Source: an uncultured delta proteobacterium
GTDB taxonomy: Bacteria > Myxococcota_A > Polyangia > Polyangiales > Polyangiaceae
Length of the DNA stretch: 64,000 nucleotides
NCBI GenBank assembly: GCA_963782055.1
Contig: CAWAIF010000003.1
Location: 6,496,001 to 6,560,000 of the forward strand
Direction: 5' to 3'
The notes below the pieces were generated by a model that worked only from the letters and a program-made list of their open reading frames with translations, was not told the origin of the DNA and ran no database searches. This document shows positions 10,650 through 19,376 of this stretch, piece after piece. Positions within the stretch are counted from its first letter, which is position 1. Every line of letters starts with the position of its first letter. Made by a program: the position numbers and the translations under genes.

Positions 10650-12191
10650 TCAGAACGAGAACCGCGCCGCGACCAGCCTCGACGCGTTTTGCACCGGATC
10701 CACCGTGACCCAGACCGGGAAGAAGGAGCCCGGCCGCGTGCAGCTCTGCGCTATCGGGGGAGGCACCGTGGCCACCGTCGCCTCGTGCTCGAGCAGCAGG
10801 CCACCGTCCGGGGCGAAGTCGTCGGGCAGGATCACAGGAGCCTTGATCGGCAGCCACGCTTCGTTGGCAGAGCGAGGCGCCACGTTGCCCTTGATCGCGG
10901 CGTGGAAATCCGTCGGAGAGACGCCCTCGTAGTAGAGCACGCTGACCCGGTTCAGGCCGTCTGCGGCGAGCGTTGGGAACATCGCGGCGAAGGGGGCCGA
11001 GACGAAGGGCTTCGCACAGCTACTCAGGGGTGCAGTCCAGCTCGCGGTGGGACCGCCGTCGACGTTGGACGTGGGCGAGCGAAGGCAGTACTCGCTCCAG
11101 GTGCGCCGCTCGACGTCGAGGGCGAGCCCGGACGCGGTGCTCATGAAGACGCGGACGGTCTGCTGGCTGTCGTTGATCGCCGCGTAGTAGGTGCCGTCAG
11201 GGGTGCGGAGAAAATCGAAGGCGCGCAAACCGTTCTGGATGTGCGCGGGTCCTGGCGCCTGCCGCAGGCACGATTGAAACTTTGTCGTCGTGTAGATCAC
11301 GGAGTGATCCGTCCAGTCGATGCCCTGGTTGAACGAGGTCACGGTCCCCCAGGACACCTTCAGCGGGGCCTTGCTCGGACAGGCGTGGAGGGCGTCGCTG
11401 TTCGAATATGCCACGGTGAGGGCACCGTCGCCCGCCTGCACGCGCAGCCCGCCTTGGCCGAGGTTGATGTCGTCATGCTCTCTGTCCATGTTCTCGATGG
11501 TCCTCGAGCCATCGAGGAATGTCAGCGTGCCGTCCTTCACCATCGCACGCCTGACGCAGCCTCCGTAGGAGCTCGCTCCCTTGTGGCGCCACGCGAACCA
11601 CGCCGTCGGGGGTGCCGTCGTGTAGTCGAAGGTGACGTCCGGAAGGTCTTCGTCCCCCGGATCGCACTCGCCGCCCGGCGCGTTGACCTGGAATGCCTGG
11701 TCGAAGGACACGCCATGATTGGTCGACAGGAGGGCGACCACGAGCCCTCCGGTGCCATGGCCGGTGTCGTTCGCGAGCGTGACGTAGACGACGCCGCCAC
11801 GCCCGTCGGTGGAGAGGGCTCCCTTGCCCACCCAGCCCGTCTGCCCGGCGATCATGGGGACGGGGTTTGGGTTGTTGCAGCCCGCCGCGGGGATGGCGGC
11901 GTTACAGACGGTCCAGAACGCGCCACTGGCATTGGCGTAGGCCCAGCCGACGCGCGCGTGGGTACCGCCGGCCCAGTCGGTGAAGCTGACGACGAGGAAC
12001 TCGCCGGTGAAGACGGCGGAGGGGTTGTTGGCGTTGACCGTGATCGTGTGAGGCGCCCCGGCGTCGAGCGCCTGGGAGGTCGTGTTCACCTTCTCGCCGC
12101 CGCTGCGCGAGCACGCGGCGCCGAGGGCACCTGCAGCGCCGAGCGCCGCGATGGCTCCGAGGGCAAAGATTCGTGCCGCGACGGTGTTCAT
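10650..12191 (-). CDS. Lipoprotein with Asp-box/BNR-like repeats (sialidase-like beta-propeller)
   Basis: GGAGG RBS; signal peptide with lipobox GAAC; STNHGVSF and SFNQGIDW Asp-box-like motifs; paralogue of 12841-14161. Confidence 0.72.
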   Translation of the reverse strand: MNTVAARIFALGAIAALGAAGALGAACSRSGGEKVNTTSQALDAGAPHTITVNANNPSAVFTGEFLVVSFTDWAGGTHARVGWAYANASGAFWTVCNAAIPAAGCNNPNPVPMIAGQTGWVGKGALSTDGRGGVVYVTLANDTGHGTGGLVVALLSTNHGVSFDQAFQVNAPGGECDPGDEDLPDVTFDYTTAPPTAWFAWRHKGASSYGGCVRRAMVKDGTLTFLDGSRTIENMDREHDDINLGQGGLRVQAGDGALTVAYSNSDALHACPSKAPLKVSWGTVTSFNQGIDWTDHSVIYTTTKFQSCLRQAPGPAHIQNGLRAFDFLRTPDGTYYAAINDSQQTVRVFMSTASGLALDVERRTWSEYCLRSPTSNVDGGPTASWTAPLSSCAKPFVSAPFAAMFPTLAADGLNRVSVLYYEGVSPTDFHAAIKGNVAPRSANEAWLPIKAPVILPDDFAPDGGLLLEHEATVATVPPPIAQSCTRPGSFFPVWVTVDPVQNASRLVAARFSF

Positions 12192-12217
12192 GGATCCCCT
12201 CCAGGTTAGGCGGCGCC

Positions 12218-12844
12218 TCATGGAGACACCGGCGTGCATGGGGGCTCGCAGGAAGTGGTGCTGCCCCGCGTGACACACAGCGTCGGTCCGCCGAGCGAAC
12301 AGTGATCGTCGCACGTGAGATCCATCACGCATCCGGCCACGTCAGGTCCAAGCGTGCAGCCGCCGTCATCTCCGACGCGTTCGTAGTTGCAGACAGCCGC
12401 GCAACGGACCGGCACCGACGCGTCGCCGAGGACGAACTGCTGGAAGAAGGCCTTGCAGAACGCGTCGCCCGACGGGCCGGGATGACAGGTCACGTGGAGG
12501 CGTTGCGCGGGATCCGTCGGATCACCTGTGTTGGTCGGGACCCGAGCGCTGCACGGAGCCCCCCCGCAATCCGAGCGTAGCGGAAGACCCGGCGGTACGC
12601 GCTGCGCTGCCCAGTCCTGGCACCCGTTCGGATCGCAGTCGCCACCGGGCTGCAGTAGGTTGAAGCTCGCCGGGGCGTAGCCGTTGCAAGCGCTGCCGGG
12701 CGAGAAGATGGGTTTGCCATCCTTGCCGTAGAATGTGCCGTCGGGAGCGAGCGTCCCGTCGTCCTGCGAGAGATCGGCCACCTTGCCGCCGCACACCGCC
12801 GCGAGGAGCGGCAGGACCAGAAGCACGGCCACCCGCCGCCTCAC
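12218..12844 (-). CDS. Cys-rich putative lipoprotein
   Basis: GTG overlapping the upstream TGA (GTGA); RRR-hydrophobic-LAAVC leader; many Cys. Confidence 0.65.
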   Translation of the reverse strand: MRRRVAVLLVLPLLAAVCGGKVADLSQDDGTLAPDGTFYGKDGKPIFSPGSACNGYAPASFNLLQPGGDCDPNGCQDWAAQRVPPGLPLRSDCGGAPCSARVPTNTGDPTDPAQRLHVTCHPGPSGDAFCKAFFQQFVLGDASVPVRCAAVCNYERVGDDGGCTLGPDVAGCVMDLTCDDHCSLGGPTLCVTRGSTTSCEPPCTPVSP

Positions 12845-14161
12845 GGCGTGACCTCGGTCGTCTGCAAGGTCGGGTTGCCCGCGTTGTCGCTGGGGTTGTC
12901 CAGGAACGTCCAGACGGGGAAGAAGGTTCCCGCGGCCCCGCACGCAGGGGCGCCGGTGCCCCCTCGTACTGTCATCGCCTCATAATCGCCCAGCACGCGG
13001 TACTTCGCCCATGGCCCAAGGTTCTCATCGTTCGGCGTGAAGTCGGCCGTGAGCATCGCCGTGTCCCAGGTGCTCGTCGGGCTGCGAGGCCAGACGTTCG
13101 ACCAGAAGCGTACATGGAACTTGAGGTCCGTAGGATTGGTGGAAAAGGCGGATCGAGCTCTTGTCGCTCTGCGCCGCGACGTAGAGTGTGCCTTCCGACG
13201 CGCGCACCACGTCGAAGATGCGGTTGCGGTCTTCCACCGTGCCCGCTGCCACGCACGAGTGCCAGTCGGTCGTCTTGAAGAGTCGCGTATGCTGGAACCA
13301 CGTCTCCCCGTCGTCGATGGACGTGACCGACTCGATGGCGACGCTGTCGGTGTTGTTGGTCGGGCACTTGATGACCTTGTTGTTCGCGTACAGCACCGTG
13401 ACCGCTCCGTCCCCTGCGACGACGCGCATACCGCCCTGCCCGTTGAACGCCACCTCCGTGCTCATGTGGTCCACGGATCTGCTGGTATCCAGCCAGTGGA
13501 TCGCGTCGTCGTTGCCGACGTAGCCTCGACGGACACAACCTCCGTACGCGTTGGGCCCGAAGTGGCGCCAAACGACCCAAAGCGTCGGTGGCGACGTGGT
13601 GTAGTCGAAGGTGGCTCCCGGCTGGTCCTGCACGCTGTCGCCGCAAACCCCGTCGTTCACCTGGGTGAGGCTCTGCGGCAAGAAGGTCTGTCCGCTGTCG
13701 TTCGACACCAGTGCGACGACGCGCCTGCCGCCCTTCGTCCCTGACGTGCCATCGTCGGTGAGCGTGACGAAGACCACGTGGCTACCCCTGGGCAGGTCCG
13801 TGCGGTGATCGGAGACGACCGTCGTGTCGCCGATGAAGCTCCAACCGGCGCCCGCGTCGACACCGGCGTCCGTACCGTTGCACGACGTACTCCCCAGGCT
13901 GCAGGGCGTCCATGTCTGGCCGCCATTCGGCGACCATGCCCACTGGGTGCTGTTGGACGATGTGCAGAGGATCTCGCGGCCCGCGGACGGTGGCGACCAG
14001 CAGCTCGATGGCTCCTGGGTGCCACCTGAGATCGTGACGACGGTGCCGGCCTCGAGGGCTTCGGAGATGGTGCCGGTGACCTCCGTCTCCGGCGAACTCG
14101 ACGCGCAGTGCACGGCCCACACAGTGAGCGGCACGACAGCGAGAAACCGAATGACCCTCAT
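12841..14161 (-). pseudogene. Asp-box beta-propeller exported protein with internal deletion and frameshift near 13140
   Basis: SPNGGQTW, SNDSGQTF, SIDDGETW; homology to the 10650-12191 protein resumes in another frame (NVWPRS...DFTPND...GTFFPVW). Confidence 0.75.
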
Positions 14162-14309
14162 CGCGCCCTCCCTGCTTCCCACCAAACGGTACCACCGAGG
14201 CACTTGCGGATGGACCTCTTCGCTCACGCCCCCACCAACTCGTGCGCGCGTGTGCCGCAGTGTGGGCGTTCGCAGCGCGGGCAACGCTCACGCCCGCCAC
14301 TTCGCTCGT

Positions 14310-14621
14310 TCAGATCTTCCTTCGCCCCAGCGGCTTGTTGCGCCCGCTGGATGGCTCGCCATGAATCGGTCGTCCAGGTCGACGGGGCGCGCGTGAACGC
14401 GGTGCCTCGAAGAGCACGCGCAGCGGGACCCCCAGAGCATTCGCAACGGTCAGCGCCGTCCGGATCGTGATCGCCCGGCGGCCATTCTCTATCGCCTGAT
14501 AGTCCTTCTCCGGCATTCCTACTGCAACGGCCGCCTCGGCCTGTGTCCAGCCGCGGGCTCGGCGCAGCTCGGCAACCTTGCGGCCCAAGTCGTCCAACAC
14601 GGCCGTGAGGTTCTGGCGCAC
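14310..14621 (-). CDS. XRE-family HTH regulator
   Basis: LGRKVAELRRARGWTQAEAA...YQAIENGRRAITIRT...ANALGVPLRVLF. Confidence 0.88.
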   Translation of the reverse strand: MRQNLTAVLDDLGRKVAELRRARGWTQAEAAVAVGMPEKDYQAIENGRRAITIRTALTVANALGVPLRVLFEAPRSRAPRRPGRPIHGEPSSGRNKPLGRRKI

Positions 14622-14651
14622 CCGGCGACGATTGCGGTTGCGTCAAGGCAT

Positions 14652-14677
14652 AAACACCTGTGATACTTCTGGTGTTT
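14652..14677. promoter_or_regulatory. Inverted repeat between divergent XRE and lipoprotein genes (candidate operator)
   Basis: AAACACC-N12-GGTGTTT in an AT-rich gap. Confidence 0.5.
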
Positions 14678-14692
14678 CTTCGGGAGGTGCCC

Positions 14693-15370
14693 ATGGTTCC
14701 GCGAACGCTGATGGTTGCTGGCCTTCTTGCCGCTGCGTGCTCCTGCTCAAGCACGGTCACCCAGCCGCCCGACTCCACCGCCGACGCGGGCGCGGACGCG
14801 GAGGCGCCCGCCGACGCGGGCGGGGACAGCGCGGCGAGTTGCAGCGCGGCCAACTGCACGGGCTGCTGCTTGAACGGCGCGTGCCAGGCGGGGACAACCT
14901 CGGCGGGCTGCGGGAAGAACGGCGCGGCGTGCGTGGTGTGCTCCTCCCCGCAGGTGTGCGGCGCGGACCAGACGTGCGGGATCGATCCCGCGAGCACGTG
15001 GACGATCCAGCCGGTGAGCGCGAGCATCAGCACCACGAACCAGGGGGCCGACTGGGACCTCGGCGGCGGAGCGCCGGACCCGTACGTGAGTCTGTGGTGC
15101 CCGCCCTCGGCCTCCACGCCGGTCAGCACGCCGGCGGTGCAGGACTCCTTCTCGCCCACGTGGTCCACCGGCGGGTGCTCGATGAAGGCGAAGGATCTCC
15201 TCTCCGTGGGCTTCGCGCTCGCCGTCTTCGATCAGGACGTCTCGTTCGACGACACCATCGCCTCGAAGGGCACGATCGTCCCGAAGGAGCAGGAGTTGAT
15301 CCAGGGCAGCAAGAACCTGACGAACAACGTCACCCTCCTGAGCCTGAAGGTGACCTTCACGATGCAGTAG
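14693..15370 (+). CDS. Lipoprotein with Cys-rich region and C-terminal C2-like domain
   Basis: GGAGGT RBS; lipobox AAAC; CTGCC...CG...CVVC; PDPYV...QDSFSPTW...VFDQDVSFDD. Confidence 0.75.
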   Translation: MVPRTLMVAGLLAAACSCSSTVTQPPDSTADAGADAEAPADAGGDSAASCSAANCTGCCLNGACQAGTTSAGCGKNGAACVVCSSPQVCGADQTCGIDPASTWTIQPVSASISTTNQGADWDLGGGAPDPYVSLWCPPSASTPVSTPAVQDSFSPTWSTGGCSMKAKDLLSVGFALAVFDQDVSFDDTIASKGTIVPKEQELIQGSKNLTNNVTLLSLKVTFTMQ

Positions 15371-15401
15371 CCCCGGCGCCGCCTTGCCGTGGGCGCGGGC
15401 G

Positions 15402-15800
15402 CTAGCGCATCGCCTCTACCTCGATCACCACGTCGGCCTCGTGGCGCAGCTCCTCCGAGCCGCGGAGGTCCCCGCTCTTGTTGATCTGGGACGTGGCGAG
15501 GAGCAGCGACAGCGACGGAAGCGTGAGGAGCAGGTGCCGGACCTCGCGCGGCTCGAACATGCTGCGCTGGAGGCTGTCCACGCCCAGCGCGGTGACCTTG
15601 CGCTCCCGCACGATCGTAGCGACCTGGTCCACGCTCGCGTGCGAGGCCACGAGCAAGTCCTCGCGCTTGATCGCGAGCCGAGCGAGGCGGGCAGCCAAAC
15701 TCGGGCCGCCCGGCTCTTCGATGCTCAACAGGAGGGCGGTCTCCTGCATCGCGTCCAGCGCGCGCGCGCGGGCGTGTAGCCGTCGTCCGAAATCGCCGCT
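15402..15800 (-). pseudogene. Fragment of RecA-superfamily (RadA/DnaB-like) ATPase
   Basis: Walker B ALGVDSLQ and SQINKSGDLRGSEELRHEADVVIEV; no Walker A before the in-frame upstream stop. Confidence 0.6.
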
Positions 15801-16051
15801 GAGTTAATCGATCGGTCTGTGGCGCCACCGACCGTCACGGCCCCGGGTCGCGCTCGCGCACCTCGACGACATGCTCGTCGTGCAGCGCGTCGGCGGGGGC
15901 GAACGGATCCGCACCCAGCCCCCGTCGATGGTGAGGAGGGCTCACGACGGTGGACGACGACTGAAGGGTAGGCGTTCACGTCGGCGCACCGCATCGCACA
16001 ACCTCACCTCTACGTGCGCCTCCATGGGCCGGACCATTACCCCGGATCCTC

Positions 16052-17576
16052 GTGACGGCGGAGACCGCCCGCGTCGTCGAGGAGTCGATCACGCACTTGG
16101 CGGCGGCCGGTCCGAACGTCTACACCCGCGGCGGCGCGCTTGTCCGGATCGTTTGTGACCAGACGCCGGGTGTCATCACCCGCGAATCCAATGCACCAAC
16201 CATCCGGCTGCACACACCAGCCACGCTGGACGTCGAGCTCTCGCGCAGCGTCGTCTACAAACGCGAGCGTCGCGGTCAGAGCGGCGGCGCACAACTCGAG
16301 ACGTGCTCGCCGCCGATGCGCGTGCTCGCCGCGCTGCTGGAGACCGGCGAATGGCCGGGGCTGCGATGCCTCGACCGGGTAGCCAGCGCCCCGATCCTTC
16401 GCGCTGACGGAACCGTCGCCTGCAGGCCGGGCTACGATGCGCGGAGCCGCACCGTCGTGGCCTACGAGGGCGGCTTCGATGTCTCGGAGCCGCTGCAGCG
16501 CAGCGTCGCAGTCCTTGCATGCGACGACCTGCTGGACGTTGTTCGCGACTTTCCGTGGCAGCAGAAGGCCGATCAGTCCGCGTGGCTGGCGCTCGTGCTT
16601 ACCCTGCTCGCGCGCAGCGCCATCTCCGGGCCGGTTCCGATGTGGACCGTGACAGCCAACGTCCGTGGTGCGGGCAAGTCGCGGCTGGTTGACGTCGCAG
16701 CCATCATCGCAACCGGCCGCACCGCAGCACGGGCGACGCAGCCTGCCGACGATGCCGAGGCCGGCAAGGTCATCACGTCCATCGTGATGGCGGGCGACGA
16801 GATCGTGTTGCTCGACAACGTGGACCGCGCGCTCGGCGGCGCCAAGCTCGACGCCCTCCTCACCGGCGAGCGCTGGAAGGACCGGCTTCTCGGGACCAAC
16901 ACCACGATCGATCTCCCGATCCGCACCGTCGTGTGCGCCACCGGCAACAACCTGGACTTTCGTGGCGACACGCTCCGCCGCGTCCTGCCGGTGCGCCTCG
17001 ACTCGCCGCTGGAGCGGCCGGAGGACCGTACCGACTTCATCCAGTCGGACCTCCTCGGGTACGTGCGCGGCCACCGCCTGGAGCTCGTCAGGGTCGCGCT
17101 GACGATGCTACGGGCGTGGTTCGTCGCCGGCCGGCCGCAAGTTGCGGATGTGCGCCGGTGGGGATCGTACGAGGCTTGGTCGGGGCTCGTCCCGCACGTC
17201 CTGGCGTGGGTCGGACTCCCTGACCCGCAGCTCACCCGCGAGGGGCTGGAAGCGGACGACCCGCGCATGCGCGCGCTCGGCGTGGTCATGGAGCACTGGC
17301 ACCGGCTGGAGCAGACATGCGGCAGCGTCTCGGGCATCACCATCCGCCAGGCGCTGGACAAGCTGTACCAGGACTGGTCGTCCTCGACGCGACGGCGAGT
17401 ACGACGAGCTGCGCGAGGCCCTGGAGATCCTTGCGCCGGGGCGCGCCGGCCAGCGTGTTTCCGCCACGGCGCTCGGCCACGTGTTTCGTCGCGCGCACCG
17501 CCGCGTCTTCGGTGGCCACCGCCTCGTGGATCTGGGCGCTGGCCACGCGAACGTGGCGCGCTGGGGGGTGCGGTGA
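16052..17576 (+). pseudogene. Primase-associated P-loop helicase/Rep protein, lacking primase domain, frameshifted near 17375-17395
   Basis: APILRADG...PGYD, Walker A GAGKS, Walker B VLLDNV, ATGNN, DTLRR; plausible C-terminus continues in the +1 frame to TGA 17576; frame open upstream only to 15965. Confidence 0.72.
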
Positions 17577-17582
17577 TGCTCC

Positions 17583-17698
17583 GCGAGGGATGCGAGGGAT
17601 GCGAGGGACGCGTCCAGCTCCGTGCGCGCGAGAGGGGAGAGTTCCCAATCCTGCTAACGCGACAACAACCCTCGCATGACTCGCATGACTCGCATCCC
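17583..17698. repeat. Convergent 9-bp iteron arrays (candidate origin of replication)
   Basis: GCGAGGGAT x2 plus GCGAGGGAC at 17583-17609; inverted copies ACCCTCGC, ATGACTCGC x2, ATCCC at 17668-17698. Confidence 0.7.
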
Positions 17699-17729
17699 GG
17701 CCTCGACGACCGGAAGAAGGAGACCGACC

Positions 17730-17990
17730 ATGGCTGACTCCGCGACCACGCTGCCCCTCGCCCACCGCGCCCGACGGCCTCCGAAGCTTCCGGCGCCGAC
17801 CGCCGGCGCCGTCCCGACCTTGCAGACAATCGAGGAGGCTGCACGCACGCTGCGCGTCACGACGACTGCCCTCCGGGCCCGCTGCCGGCGCGCGGCGGCG
17901 ACCCCCGACCCCCAGGGCAACATCGTCCTCGCCCCCGGCGTCTTCGCCGTGAAGCTGGGACGGCACTGGCGCGTGCGCTTCGCGACGTGA
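17730..17990 (+). CDS. Excisionase-like winged-HTH protein
   Basis: AAGGAG RBS; TIEEAARTLRVTTTALRAR...KLGRHWRV; directly upstream of the integrase. Confidence 0.7.
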   Translation: MADSATTLPLAHRARRPPKLPAPTAGAVPTLQTIEEAARTLRVTTTALRARCRRAAATPDPQGNIVLAPGVFAVKLGRHWRVRFAT

Positions 17991-18060
17991 CGTGACCTGA
18001 CGACGCGCCACCGCGCGTGCCAGCGTGCTGTGCGTGTGCGTGGTCGCCATGGAGGTTCCC

Positions 18061-19122
18061 ATGGCCAAACGCAACAACGGAGACGTCCGCCGCATCAAGC
18101 GCAACGGGCGCGTCCACTGGGTCGTTGATTTCTTCTGGTTCGATCGATCGGGGCGCCAGCACCGCTACCGACGCGACGCGCGCGTGCAGACGCGCGATGG
18201 CGCGCTGGTGGAGGCCCGGGCGCTTCAAGAGCGCGCGTGGCGCGAGGGGACGCTCTCCGAGCGGCCCGCCGTGCCCACGGTGCGCGAGTTCGTCGAGGGG
18301 CTGTTCCGCTCGACGCGCATGCCGACGTTCCGGCCGGCGACGCGCACGCGGTACGAAGCCCTGCTCAGGCAAGGGTTGCTCGCCCACTTCGGTGGCCTGC
18401 GGCTCGACGAGCTGGGCCCGCACAACGTCCACGCGTACGCCGCGAAGCTCGCGGAGCGTGGCGTGCAGGCGAAGGGGCCGGTGGTGCTCCTCCGCACCAT
18501 CGCGCGTGCGGCGCTGGACCTCGGGCTCATCGACGCGATGCCCACCATTCCTCGCGTGTGGAAGGACAGCCGCAAGCTGCCCGACGCTCCGCCGCGCGAG
18601 GAGGTGGAGCGCCTCATCGCGTCGGCGACGAAGTGGCTCCGCACCGCCATCGCCCTCGCCGCGTTCGCCGGGCTCCGCTCCGGCGAGGTGCGCGCCATCG
18701 AGGTGGGCGACGTCGACCTGGCCCCCGGGCGCATCGTGGTCCGGCACGCCATGTCGGATCGCGTGATCACGACGCCGAAGTCCGGGCACGAGCGCATCGT
18801 GCCCATCGCGCCGGCGCTGCGGCCCATCCTGGAGGACGCGCTGCGGGGCAAGCTCCCGAAGGCGAGGCTGCTGACCACGGCGCACGGGACGACGCCCCCG
18901 CGGCAGCACGTGCTCATACGGCTGAACGCGCTGGAGGATCGGCTGGGCATGAAGCGCTGGACGTTCCACCAGCTCCGGCACCACTTCTGCACCTCGCTGC
19001 TCCAGGGCGGCGCGCACCTCGAAACGGTACGCGTGCTGGCGGGCCACTCCTCGGTGACCATGACGCAACGCTACGTGCATGCGACCAGCGGCGAGCTGGA
19101 GCGCGCCATCGCGCGGATCTGA
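18061..19122 (+). CDS. int: Tyrosine recombinase/integrase
   Basis: R (GLRSGE), K (TPKSG), HxxR (FHQLRH), H (LAGHSS), Y (TQRYVH) all present; GGAGG RBS. Confidence 0.95.
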   Translation: MAKRNNGDVRRIKRNGRVHWVVDFFWFDRSGRQHRYRRDARVQTRDGALVEARALQERAWREGTLSERPAVPTVREFVEGLFRSTRMPTFRPATRTRYEALLRQGLLAHFGGLRLDELGPHNVHAYAAKLAERGVQAKGPVVLLRTIARAALDLGLIDAMPTIPRVWKDSRKLPDAPPREEVERLIASATKWLRTAIALAAFAGLRSGEVRAIEVGDVDLAPGRIVVRHAMSDRVITTPKSGHERIVPIAPALRPILEDALRGKLPKARLLTTAHGTTPPRQHVLIRLNALEDRLGMKRWTFHQLRHHFCTSLLQGGAHLETVRVLAGHSSVTMTQRYVHATSGELERAIARI

Positions 19123-19131
19123 CGCGGCGAC

Positions 19132-19151
19132 TGGTAACGAAGTGGAAACGG
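19132..19151 (+). repeat. Putative integrase arm-type site pair (tRNA end)
   Basis: TGGTAACGAAGTGGAAACGG, partner of 10608-10627. Confidence 0.7.
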
Positions 19152-19204
19152 CGTCCACCCCCGATCGCCAAATCCCAGAGAATCAAGCCGTTTTTGAGTA
19201 CTTC

Positions 19205-19225
19205 GGTCGGGGAGGCGGGATTTGA
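19205..19225. repeat. att site, tRNA-proximal copy
   Basis: Identical to 10473-10493; covers the T-arm and acceptor 3' strand. Confidence 0.95.
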
Positions 19226-19280
19226 ACCCGCGACGACGAGCACCCAAAGCTCGTGCACTACCGGACTGTGCGACTCCCCG
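19207..19280 (-). tRNA. tRNA-Pro(TGG), CCA not encoded
   Basis: CGGGGAG/CTCCCCG acceptor stem, anticodon loop TTTGGGT, GGTTCAAATCC T-arm. Confidence 0.95.
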
Positions 19281-19376
19281 GTGCCCCGTGATCTAGCACG
19301 GCGGCCGGCGGGGCGCGTGGCCGAGCACGAGGGGGGGACGCGGAATACCTGGGCCGGCGCGGCGGTTCGGCCTCCG

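Larger units (their letters stand above)
10473..19225. mobile_element. Integrative element (satellite/IME-like), partly decayed, inserted at tRNA-Pro 3' end
   Basis: 21-bp direct repeat at both ends matching the tRNA 3' end; integrase next to the tRNA; xis-like, helicase-like and iteron features; cargo looks more A/T-rich by eye. Confidence 0.92.

Noticed and set aside
17576..17737. Small ORF MLREGCEGCEG...SHDSHDSH
   Set aside because: The peptide repeats are just the translation of the 9-bp iterons
10473..19225. Intact prophage or conjugative ICE
   Set aside because: No structural, packaging, lysis, relaxase or T4SS genes are recognisable within the att boundaries
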